From contig CAZHRF010000020.1 of NCBI GenBank assembly GCA_964534625.1, positions 1 through 50,438 of the forward strand: 50,438 bases of DNA. Direction: 5' to 3'. Origin of the DNA: an uncultured archaeon. GTDB lineage: Archaea; Asgardarchaeota; Heimdallarchaeia; Heimdallarchaeales; Heimdallarchaeaceae. The position numbers and the translations under genes are program-made. The notes under the pieces are model-generated. The model searched no databases, was not told the DNA's origin, and saw only the letters and a program-made list of their open reading frames with translations. Positions 1 through 9,312 of the stretch are shown here, piece after piece (positions within the stretch are counted from its first letter, which is position 1; the number at the start of each line of letters is the position of its first letter).

Positions 1-409
1 AAAACATGTTGGGTGCATCTAAGACCTGTCTAAAAAACAGTTTCGTACGGTAGTAATTAACCCAATACATCCGCTAGTGTATCACCTCGCCCAACTGGAC
101 ACGTGACAAAAGGAGAACAACACAAGAATACAAAAGATATTCAGTGCTGTTACACCTGAGAGCGATAAGTGTCAAGATTAAACCAGCAATCTACAAGATT
201 AACGCCAGTGTGTGGGGTCATCGCGATCTTAGTCCCGGGACTCATTACTGGCCCAACTAGGCTTACTTGGCTCTCCTGAGGAAAGCTAACAACTCTGGGA
301 TGATAGTTGCTACGTAAGGTATATACGCACCACTCTATCTTAGTACTGCGAGCATTGCCCGAGTACATGGAATACATGACTGTTTACCCGATACTCGAAC
401 ATCGTCATG

Positions 410-630
410 TTCCGTTTATTATTAACTCGTTAGAGAAACGTCTTGTTTCTCTTCTTGATGAATATGGTTTCCATCAAGTAATTATGTACGAAAAATTTGC
501 TAATTTTGGAGGACAAAAGTCTAAGGGGATGACACAAACCCGAGGTAATGGTATACTCTTACTTTTGGATGATTTATTGGTTTTTGAAATGTTTACTCCA
601 AAAAAACGAATTGAAATTTTCCAACCACTA
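410..630 (+). pseudogene. Fragment of a conserved hypothetical gene (ANFGGQKSKGMTQTRGNGILLL...LVFEMF), apparently truncated at both ends
   Basis: Only the middle of ORF 307..678 looks protein-like and AT-rich. Its 5' part lies in a GC-richer segment with inverted repeats. Confidence 0.35.
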
Positions 631-771
631 CGGGTTCCAATATTTCATTTAATTGAATGTAATCAAAATAATGGGTAGTTGTCCATAGATTTTCTTAATT
701 CTTATAACTTTGTTTTTTTCGCTTTGAAAAATGAAAGAGTGGTTAGTGGTGACTTTTATTTTTTAAACATC

Positions 772-1746
772 TTATTCAAATACTATTTTGCAAAAATTAT
801 CCCTTCCAAGATTATTCAAATAATCTATTTTTCTTTTTTCAAAGAAATCATTTGCATTTCCTCTTTTAAAATACCAAATGCAATCCATTAAAATACTTAA
901 TTTGTAAATATCAAATAAATATTTCTTTTCAGTATTGTTCAATTGCCTATATTTCATGTATTCGGTGACAACCTTTTTTGCTTGTTTGAAATCAAAAACA
1001 TTGTCTGAAGACTTAAATTTATCCCATGTATTCCAATCAAAAGTCGATTTAAATGGTTCTATTAAACAAACTAAATCCCATGACAAAAAGGTATAATTGG
1101 CATCGTCGAAATCAATTAACGCTTTGAAATTTCCGTTCTTGAAAAGGACATTCGAAAAGTAGATATCACAATGGCAAATTCCTTTTGGTAAGGATATTGG
1201 AAGTTTAAGTGTTGCTAACTCGTTTTTTAACCATTTTAGTTTATCTTTAGCATTTTTTGTACCAATTTTATTTGCTTTATCTTCTGCTAGTTTTTTACAT
1301 AATTCAACACTGTAATTCCATCTGAATTTTTTATAGTATGGATTATAATCTTTCGTAATATTTTGTAATTCAGCTACTTTTTCAATAAACTGTTTTCTTT
1401 GTGCTTCACTTGGTTTTTCAATATGTTTTCCTTCAATAAATTCAAAAATAACAAAAGGTTTTTGTTTATACATTCCAATAAAATTACCCTGTATATCTCT
1501 AAAAGGGACTGGGCAAGGATAATTCTTGTCTTTCAAATATTGTAGTAACTTTACCTCAAATAAGACAGAGTTTTTTGAACGACCTTCATAATATCTAAAT
1601 ACACATTTGCTTTTTGTTGTATTAAGTATAATATTTGTTTGGACAATTCCTCTCTTAGTTGATTCAAAACATACCAAATCTCCCAAATTATAATTTGAGA
1701 GAATATTTATCAAATCATTTTTGGTAAATTTAGTTTTTACAGTCAC
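772..1746 (-). CDS. Homoserine kinase type II / aminoglycoside-phosphotransferase (APH) family kinase
   Basis: 324 aa. Brenner motif GICHCDIYFSNVLF, metal-binding LIDFDD, N-terminal NYNLG...GIVQTN pattern. Confidence 0.85.
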   Translation of the reverse strand: MTVKTKFTKNDLINILSNYNLGDLVCFESTKRGIVQTNIILNTTKSKCVFRYYEGRSKNSVLFEVKLLQYLKDKNYPCPVPFRDIQGNFIGMYKQKPFVIFEFIEGKHIEKPSEAQRKQFIEKVAELQNITKDYNPYYKKFRWNYSVELCKKLAEDKANKIGTKNAKDKLKWLKNELATLKLPISLPKGICHCDIYFSNVLFKNGNFKALIDFDDANYTFLSWDLVCLIEPFKSTFDWNTWDKFKSSDNVFDFKQAKKVVTEYMKYRQLNNTEKKYLFDIYKLSILMDCIWYFKRGNANDFFEKRKIDYLNNLGRDNFCKIVFE

Positions 1747-1900
1747 AATATTAAATGTGATAACGATTTTATAAGGGTTTTATATAATGATTTGGTATCT
1801 ATATTATTGAAGTGAATAGTATGTTAGTACCTATGAGTTTTATAGAGGAAAAGAGGAAAATAAGCAATTTGCTTAAGCCGAAAAGTATGTATCACTTAGA

Positions 1901-4084
1901 TTAGTAATTTCCTTGAAGAATTATAATACCTAGATGACCATCGACTGACAATGAATCTCCTGTTTTTATTATGTTGGTTGCATCTTCTATTCCAGTAACA
2001 CAAGGTATTCCATATTCTCTAGCAATAATAGCACCATGGACCAATAGACCACCTCTTCTTTCTACAATTCCAGCAGCAAAAGGTACAATGAAGGTCATAT
2101 TGGGTTCAATGGAATCAACCACTAATATTTCTCCCTCTTTAAATTCAAAAATATCTTCCGTTTGTTTAACAACCCTTGCTTTCCCTTTTGCAATACCTAT
2201 TGATGCTGCATTCCCAACAACTTGTCGGGCTTTGAATCTAAATATATCACTTTCAGTTTTTTGGGGAGAAGATATTTCTGGGTCGTAATTTTTGTTTCTT
2301 AGAAATTTAACAATTGCTTTTCTATCTAATAATTTAGCTTGTTCTATACCTCTATTCTGGAGTCTATCAATACCTTCATTTAAAGATTCTATATACTGTT
2401 TCTCTATTTTTCCAAGTACAATGTTATCATCATCTCGTAGACGATAACAATCCCTACCTAGTTCTAATAGACTTTCAGCAAAATCTCTTTGTTCTAAAGA
2501 AAAACTTGAAAGATAATTGTTTTTCAGTTCTTTTACATTAATTTCCTTCTTATCTCTTTTAAGATCGTCTGATTTTGCCATTTCTGTCAATATATGAAGT
2601 AATTTCTCAAAATCTTTTTCAAAAAACAAAACTGCTGAATTTGCGATAATTTTTTGGTTTAATTCATTAAGGATTGCTTTTACTTGCTCATCTTCCCAAT
2701 TTTTTTCTTCTATTTTCATCTGAAGAGAAGGATTATTTTTAATTTTAGAAGCTAAGACTAGCATAGTCTCATTTCTTTGCGTACTCATCATGTTTGTACC
2801 AGCAAGTAACAAGGTGAATTCAGTTGGATCGTTGGGTTCTACTCGCTCATTGTAAATTTTACCGAATAATCGTATTCCATGAGCTAAAGGAATAAACTCA
2901 TCCCAGTATATATCCTTCCACTTTTCAAATATATTCCAGCGACGTATAATTTCACGGGAAAGTTCATTATCTGTCATTTCACTCAGATCTACTTGTTGCA
3001 ATTCATCAGATACTTTACACATCTCAGGAAAATATTCTTGCTCAACTTTATCTCGTATATCTTTAAGATCCTCAAAGCTTCTTACAAGACTTAAATACCA
3101 GGGTCTTTGATCAGATGACTCATATCCTTGTTCATCTCGGAAGATTGTGGTTATCGGTCTACTTTGAAGAATATATAACTCATTATTTTTAAAAGTCCAT
3201 TCTATCTCTTGTGGGTGATTATAAATCTCCTTAAGGTTGTTTAATGTCTGCAGTATAATTTTCAATTGCTTATCTGTAAGGGGAGGATTATCCTTCAGTT
3301 TAGAGGGGAGTTTTTCATAGATTAAACCACTAGATGTCTCAATAAGATATTTTTCTCTAAGGGGAAACTGGTGTTCAACTAACTGCAGATTCTGTCTATC
3401 AAATACCCATCTATCAGGTTCTATTGAACCATCAACCAACGCTTGATTTAATCCATAGACAGCCTCGATTATCAGAGTGTTTTTACCGGTAGGATCCTTA
3501 CTAAAGGCTATACCTGAAACATTACCCGTGATTATAGGTTGTAAGATAACTGCCATAGTTGCTGTTTCAAAAGATAGACCTAATTCATTTCTATACATTA
3601 AAGACCTATTTGACCAGAGAGAAGCCCATACGAGTTTAATATGCTTAAGTATATTATCCTTTCCAGAGATGTTAATGTAAGATTCATGAAGACCAGCAAA
3701 GGAATGATCAGGAGAATCCTCAAATGTGGATGATGAACGAATAGCTAAATTATTCAACCCCAGATGAGAATCAATGTTATTGAGAATAGTCTGCTTGATA
3801 TTGGAGGGGATTTGTGTTTTTAAAAATAAATTGTCAATAGTAACCGATAAATCCCACAGTTCTTCCCACCGCATGTTCTTTATATTCATTTTATTCAAAG
3901 CTAAAGGAATTTGATACTGTAGGTCAGTTGATTTCACAAATAATTCATATATTTGAGAACCTATGACCAATGTTTTAGGAACATTCATGTGATTTTTTCT
4001 GAGAATAGCTAGATTATACGCTTTACCTCCCACAAATGGTTGTTCTGCTTCTGCAATTTCATCCAATGTAAAAATGTATCTCAC
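1901..4084 (-). CDS. PEP/pyruvate-binding (ATP-grasp) plus C-terminal His-swivel protein, rifampin-phosphotransferase/PEP-synthase-like
   Basis: VGGKAYNL, AIRSSSTFED...SFAGLHES, QEIEW...LQSRPIT, and phospho-His motif GGLLVHGAIIAREYGIPCV at the C-terminus. Confidence 0.85.
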   Translation of the reverse strand: MRYIFTLDEIAEAEQPFVGGKAYNLAILRKNHMNVPKTLVIGSQIYELFVKSTDLQYQIPLALNKMNIKNMRWEELWDLSVTIDNLFLKTQIPSNIKQTILNNIDSHLGLNNLAIRSSSTFEDSPDHSFAGLHESYINISGKDNILKHIKLVWASLWSNRSLMYRNELGLSFETATMAVILQPIITGNVSGIAFSKDPTGKNTLIIEAVYGLNQALVDGSIEPDRWVFDRQNLQLVEHQFPLREKYLIETSSGLIYEKLPSKLKDNPPLTDKQLKIILQTLNNLKEIYNHPQEIEWTFKNNELYILQSRPITTIFRDEQGYESSDQRPWYLSLVRSFEDLKDIRDKVEQEYFPEMCKVSDELQQVDLSEMTDNELSREIIRRWNIFEKWKDIYWDEFIPLAHGIRLFGKIYNERVEPNDPTEFTLLLAGTNMMSTQRNETMLVLASKIKNNPSLQMKIEEKNWEDEQVKAILNELNQKIIANSAVLFFEKDFEKLLHILTEMAKSDDLKRDKKEINVKELKNNYLSSFSLEQRDFAESLLELGRDCYRLRDDDNIVLGKIEKQYIESLNEGIDRLQNRGIEQAKLLDRKAIVKFLRNKNYDPEISSPQKTESDIFRFKARQVVGNAASIGIAKGKARVVKQTEDIFEFKEGEILVVDSIEPNMTFIVPFAAGIVERRGGLLVHGAIIAREYGIPCVTGIEDATNIIKTGDSLSVDGHLGIIILQGNY

Positions 4085-4536
4085 TGGTCTAACCTCAAAA
4101 TTTTGACATTTTGAAAATTGTAAACATATTGATATTTCTCGACGTTAATGGACAGAAAAACACAATTGGGGGAGTTTACAAAATCTTCCAGATAGGGGTG
4201 CTTCTGAAGAAAAAGAGTCCTAAATATAGAAATCTCATCAGTAGTAGGGAATTCTACCTTACCTTCAGCAGTTACTGCAATAGCTTTGTAAAAATCCTTG
4301 GGATTGTTCTTTCTATTGTCAACAAGTAAAGTGACTTTGTTATTATCTTGAATATTAGAAAACTTTCTGGTGTCTTTAAGTGTGGTGAAAAAAATAGAAC
4401 GTAAATCTTCAGTAACAGTAAAAGCAATTAAATTAGTGTAAGGCAAGCCATCCATATCTGTGGCTAAGACACCAACACGTTGTTCTGTTAACAGGTTTCT
4501 AATTATTGATTCATATTTCTGATCTGACTCTGACAT
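4081..4536 (-). CDS. Pyridoxamine 5'-phosphate oxidase-like (FMN split-barrel) protein
   Basis: GVLAT...PYTNLIAF...TRKFSNI..N.KV.LLVDNR. Overlaps the downstream gene by 4 nt. Confidence 0.85.
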   Translation of the reverse strand: MSESDQKYESIIRNLLTEQRVGVLATDMDGLPYTNLIAFTVTEDLRSIFFTTLKDTRKFSNIQDNNKVTLLVDNRKNNPKDFYKAIAVTAEGKVEFPTTDEISIFRTLFLQKHPYLEDFVNSPNCVFLSINVEKYQYVYNFQNVKILRLDQ

Positions 4537-4748
4537 AAAATTAAAACGCCCTTTAATGGTTTATTTATATAATATTAAAAAAGATAGTGAACAAATTTAA
4601 CTATTTTTATTCATCAAACAATCAAAAAATCAAAATCTACACGCAGAAATATGATAACCTTTTGAATTTGTGATCTTTATACTTCTTTAAGATAAAAGTA
4701 TAAATTTAGACGAAGTTTAGAAAAAACAAAAGATACTTATACATTTTT

Positions 4749-5750
4749 TTGCAATCACTCTTTATGAATGATAATTCAATTAAACCCATTATTGTTGTAA
4801 GTACATGTTTGGGTTTTGAAGCAACCAGATACAATGGGGATATGTTAGATAATGCTTTTGTGAGAAGACTAAGAAATACTGATGCAGTGCAATTTAAAAC
4901 AGTCTGTCCAGAGGTGGCAATAGGTTTAGGTATTCCTAGAGAAACATTGCGTATAGTAATGAAAGAAGGTGAAAAACGCCTAATACAACCTAAAACAGGT
5001 AGAGATGTATCAGATGAGATGACAGATTTTGCTAACAAATTCACAAACAATCTTGTAAGTGATGGATTTATATTTAAAGCAGATTCGCCATCTGTAGGAA
5101 CAGATAGAACAAAAGTTTATCCGAGTGAAGATGCGTATGCAGCTCGTAAAGGTGGAGCAGGATTCTTTACTTCACAAATAATAGAAATGTTTCCCAACTA
5201 CCCAATACAAAGTGATCGTAGACTCAGAAATACATTCATACAAGATTCCTTTTTGATTAAAGTATATACTGTAGCTAGGTTTAGAATAAAAATAGAAAAG
5301 AATAAGAATAAACTAGAAGAATTTCATAAAGAAAATTATTATCTACTAGTTGCCCATGATCCCGAGCTAGCAGAAGAATTAGCAAAAATAATACATAAAT
5401 CTTCATCAATAGAAGAAAAAATTGCAGAGTACAAACGGGTTTTATTGGTATTGCTGAAAAATGGTACCAAAAGAGAACATCTGATTACCTCTTTTGAAAA
5501 AATAATCAAAGAACTAGAACTCGCCCTTTCGGATTTTGAATTGCAAATTTATAGAAGAACTTTGGAGAACTTCAAGGTCAATGCAGTGTCAAAAAATGTT
5601 ATGCTTATATTACTAGAATCTTTTGCAAGTAGAACAGGAAATGAAGAACTAGTTAACCAAACTATATTTAAGCCCTACCCGTTAGAACTGGTTATACCAG
5701 AAGATCCTCTAGATGAACGTTTTCTGATTAATGCCTATGATGTTGGATAA
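4749..5750 (+). CDS. DUF523 + DUF1722 (YbgA / thiouracil-desulfurase-like) protein; probable start is ATG 4764
   Basis: VSTCLG...RYNG, VCPEVAIGLGIPRE, KADSPSVG, C-terminal QTIFKPYP. Confidence 0.8.
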   Translation: MQSLFMNDNSIKPIIVVSTCLGFEATRYNGDMLDNAFVRRLRNTDAVQFKTVCPEVAIGLGIPRETLRIVMKEGEKRLIQPKTGRDVSDEMTDFANKFTNNLVSDGFIFKADSPSVGTDRTKVYPSEDAYAARKGGAGFFTSQIIEMFPNYPIQSDRRLRNTFIQDSFLIKVYTVARFRIKIEKNKNKLEEFHKENYYLLVAHDPELAEELAKIIHKSSSIEEKIAEYKRVLLVLLKNGTKREHLITSFEKIIKELELALSDFELQIYRRTLENFKVNAVSKNVMLILLESFASRTGNEELVNQTIFKPYPLELVIPEDPLDERFLINAYDVG

Positions 5751-5869
5751 AACTGTCACATTGGTTGTTGAATAATAAAAATGCAAAATTCTATTAAAAA
5801 GAAGCACAAAAGGAAGATAAAAGAAATATGAGGATTACATGCATTAAAAATTAAAGAGGATGATCCTCA

Positions 5870-7414
5870 ATGGTAAAAAAAACTACACTTACAACGATAC
5901 CTGAAAACTATTCTTTATGGATATTTGCGAATCAACTCCCCTATTATGATCTGGAAAAAGAAAATTTGGATATCCAAGGGCCAATTTTGATGGTAGAAAA
6001 CCCTCTAAGAGCTTCAAAATATGCCTATCATAAAATGAAACTACTTTTCATTTATAGTATTATGAGGGAGTTCAAACAAACCTATGAAAAACAATTCTAT
6101 ATCGATTACTATAACTTAAAACAAAAAATAAACTTTGAACAAGCTCTTGTAGAACATCTAACAACCACCAATAATAAGAAGATTGTTACTTATGAACCAT
6201 TGGAATACCAAACTCTTCATGCTTTAGAAAGAATAGAAAAAAAACATAATATAGAGATACTTTTGCTACGTACAAGACTTTTCTTGGTATCTAAAGAAGA
6301 ATTTCAGAAATGGGCTAGAAACAAGAAAAATTTAGTTATGGAATATTTTTATAGATATGTTAGAAAGAAATACAAAATACTAATTGATGAAAAAGAGAAA
6401 CCTGTCGGAGGGAAATGGAATTATGACAAAGAAAATAGGTTGAAATATACTTCTGAGATAAAACCTGGACCAGTAAATCTTTGTGAACCTACAAAGATAA
6501 CGGAAGAAACAAAAAGAGAGATAAATGAATTTTTTCCAAATAATCCTGGATCTGTAGAAAACTTTTACTATCCAACCACACGAAAACAATCAATTTTACA
6601 TTTAGAAAACTTTGTTGAGTCTAGATTAGATCTTTTTGGTCCATATGAAGACATGATGGCAATCGATGAACCACACCTCTATCACTCAGTCATATCTCCT
6701 TTAATCAATGTTGGATTACTTACACCTAAAGAAATTATTAGAGAAGTATTAGAAGCATATGATGATAATAAAGCGCGATTAAATTCTGTCGAAGCTATGA
6801 TAAGACAAATAATGGGCTGGAGAGAGTTTATGTTTGGGTTATATTGGCTAAAAATGCCTGGTTTCGCTAAAAGTAATTATTTTAATTTTAATAGAAATTT
6901 ACCAAACGTCTATTATACGGGAAATACAAAACTAGAGTGCTTAAAACAAAATATCATGCAAATAAAGAGAGAAGGATATACACACCACATCCCAAGATTG
7001 ATGGTTCTTTCAAATTTCGCTCTATTAAATCAAACAGAACCCAGTCAAGTGTTCAAATGGTTCATGGAATACTTTATAGATGCGTATGACTGGGTGATGG
7101 TACCTAATGTCTATGGAATGGGATTATTTGCAGATGGGGGAGAAACAGCTACAAAACCATATATTTCGTCTAGCAACTATATTAACAAAATGAGTAATTA
7201 TTGTTCAAAATGTGAATATAAACAAAACAAAACAGTTGATTCGAAAGCTTGTCCTTTTAACTATCTCTACTGGAATTTTTTGATAGAAAATAAAAGCAAA
7301 CTCAAAGATAATAATCGTATGCGACTAATGTATAAACTATTAGAGAAGAAAACAACAGAAGAAAAAGAAGAGATACAGAAAATGTCAAGAGGATTCTTGA
7401 AATATCAAAAATAA
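5870..7414 (+). CDS. Cryptochrome/photolyase family protein, FeS-BCP (PhrB/CryB-like) class
   Basis: HKMKL, MEYFYR, GGKWNYDKENR, FGPYED, RQIMGWREF, HHIPRLM, DAYDWVMVPNV, KPYISSSNYINKMSNYCSKC...ACPFN (four Cys including LEC). Confidence 0.92.
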   Translation: MVKKTTLTTIPENYSLWIFANQLPYYDLEKENLDIQGPILMVENPLRASKYAYHKMKLLFIYSIMREFKQTYEKQFYIDYYNLKQKINFEQALVEHLTTTNNKKIVTYEPLEYQTLHALERIEKKHNIEILLLRTRLFLVSKEEFQKWARNKKNLVMEYFYRYVRKKYKILIDEKEKPVGGKWNYDKENRLKYTSEIKPGPVNLCEPTKITEETKREINEFFPNNPGSVENFYYPTTRKQSILHLENFVESRLDLFGPYEDMMAIDEPHLYHSVISPLINVGLLTPKEIIREVLEAYDDNKARLNSVEAMIRQIMGWREFMFGLYWLKMPGFAKSNYFNFNRNLPNVYYTGNTKLECLKQNIMQIKREGYTHHIPRLMVLSNFALLNQTEPSQVFKWFMEYFIDAYDWVMVPNVYGMGLFADGGETATKPYISSSNYINKMSNYCSKCEYKQNKTVDSKACPFNYLYWNFLIENKSKLKDNNRMRLMYKLLEKKTTEEKEEIQKMSRGFLKYQK

Positions 7415-7554
7415 TAATAGGAAAAAAGTTGATCAGAAAAAAGCGACGAGCTACAAAAAAAGGACAAAAATGAACAACCACCAAAATGACGTAAATCAAT
7501 TTTTATTTTTGTAAATACGGATAGTATAAATACAGCCATACTAATTGTTTAAGC

Positions 7555-8283
7555 ATGAATGTTTTAATTACAGGAGCAAATAGAGGAATAGGATTAGAAT
7601 TTACTCACCAATTTTTGAAGGAGGGGTGGAATGTTATTGCAACTGCCAGAGAGTCTAGTCAACAAACTGACCTGATAGAATTAATGAAGAAGTATGAAAA
7701 CAAACTGAAAGTTATACATTTAGATGTTACAAATCAGGAATCTAGGCAGAAGTTATTGGAAAGTTTTACAGAAGAACATGATAAACTAGATATATTAATC
7801 AACAATGCGGGAATAGTTTCAGGGTTAGAAGACTACCAAAATATAGTTGACGCCAAAAAGATAAGATTAGGATCTTTATACAAAGAAAATATGACAAAGG
7901 TTTTTGAAACTAATGCTATTGCTCCCTTATTGATCACAGAATTATTAATGAACCACTTAAAGAAGAGTGAAAATGGAAAGGTTATCAATATTTCAGCAAA
8001 GATGGGTACATTTGCGCATAAGGAATTCGGAGGATATTATAGTTATAGTGCGAGTAAAACTGCTCTGAATATGTTCACAAAAACTTTAGCTGCAGATCTA
8101 AAAAGATACAAAATCACTGTTATAGCTCTTTATCCTGATTGGGTCAGAACTCGAATGGGTAGCGAAAAAGCAAGATTGAGCCCAGATGAATCAGTCAAAA
8201 AAATGATACAAACAATAATGAATGTAGAACTTACACAAACGGGGCAGTTTTTAGATTTAGAAGGAAAAAAACTCGCTTGGTAA
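7555..8283 (+). CDS. SDR family oxidoreductase (CsgA/C-factor-like)
   Basis: TGANRGIG, INNAGI, YSASKTALN. Confidence 0.9.
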   Translation: MNVLITGANRGIGLEFTHQFLKEGWNVIATARESSQQTDLIELMKKYENKLKVIHLDVTNQESRQKLLESFTEEHDKLDILINNAGIVSGLEDYQNIVDAKKIRLGSLYKENMTKVFETNAIAPLLITELLMNHLKKSENGKVINISAKMGTFAHKEFGGYYSYSASKTALNMFTKTLAADLKRYKITVIALYPDWVRTRMGSEKARLSPDESVKKMIQTIMNVELTQTGQFLDLEGKKLAW

Positions 8284-8470
8284 AAATACCAATTATTAAC
8301 CCATTATGGATGAAATTGTATGCTAACACATGTCTATACCCAGCCAATCTTACCAAACACCGCTAAGGAAGGTTGGTAACAACCTAATGAATACGCCTAA
8401 GTGATAACTTGCACTGTGGACAGCCACGTCTTGTTAATTTAACCCTAAATACTGGGTTAGAAAAAAGCAG

Positions 8471-8920
8471 TCAATTGAAATCTAGTAATTCAACAGACTC
8501 AAAGTTGGACACAACATACATTTTTTTTATGGTTACTTGCATAATAGCGGTGTCCGTATCTTTCACGAAATCTTTGATTTTGGGGTGGCGTTCAGCGAGT
8601 AAATTGGAATATTGTATTCTTTTCGCACCTTTGATGTCTATAACTGTTCCTTGGATGGTAACAGAAACTGCTTCATTAACATCAGTAGGCTGATTCATGG
8701 TGTTGTCGATCAAAAGAGCAACCGAGGGATTAGCTTGCATATGCCTATATTTTAAGCGTGCACGTTTGGTCGCGAAGAATGCATATCGAAAATCATCACT
8801 TACAAGAAACGAAACTAAACATAAGTAGGGGGTACTGTTCTTTGAAGTCGCAAGAGCACCATTAAGTTGCGATTCAAATAATTTCCTCAGTTTGTTTTCC
8901 ATGTTCTTTGATATATCCAT
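8471..8920 (-). CDS. Pyridoxamine 5'-phosphate oxidase-like protein (paralog of 4081..4536)
   Basis: GALAT...PYLCLVSF...LKY..M..NP.VALLIDN. Confidence 0.85.
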   Translation of the reverse strand: MDISKNMENKLRKLFESQLNGALATSKNSTPYLCLVSFLVSDDFRYAFFATKRARLKYRHMQANPSVALLIDNTMNQPTDVNEAVSVTIQGTVIDIKGAKRIQYSNLLAERHPKIKDFVKDTDTAIMQVTIKKMYVVSNFESVELLDFN

Positions 8921-9056
8921 TTCTGTATCATCTCATTATGTAAACTTTACTGTTGCATGTATATTCTTTTGGTTATTCTAAAAGCTTGTCTCGTTAGCTA
9001 GAAGATTTTGATACGTCAGTATTAATATCGTTTCTCGGATGGTGTTTAAAGTTGGC
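8886..9056. repeat. Copy 1 of a diverged direct repeat (PNPOx 5' end plus upstream region)
   Basis: ctcagtttgttttccatgttctttgatatatccattt(c/a)tgtatcatctcattat matches 14020..14073. Further blocks (ggttattctaaaa; gaagat.ttgata.gtcagtattaata) match 14154.. and 14223.. Confidence 0.8.
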
Positions 9057-9312
9057 AATAGTTGTTTAGATAGTACGTGCCTAAATAGATGATAAAAACA
9101 AATATGAAACATTTTTTGTTATTAATATGCAGCTAATCGAATATCCATTTAATCAAGAAATATTCCTCCTCAAGCAGAACCTTCTTTTTAGGTTGCTCTT
9201 ACTGAATTTAATCTTGAACAAATCGGTGTTATTGTGAAAAAAATATGGTTTTGGCCAGTCTGTAAGTAAGAATTCTCATTTTTTCTATATGCTTCTAGCT
9301 TTTTTTTATTAG

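Noticed and set aside
8370-8385. aggttg-gtaa-caacct GNRA hairpin between convergent genes, possible ribozyme or ncRNA
   Set aside because: Only a 6-bp stem with no complete catalytic core; at most a terminator-like element.
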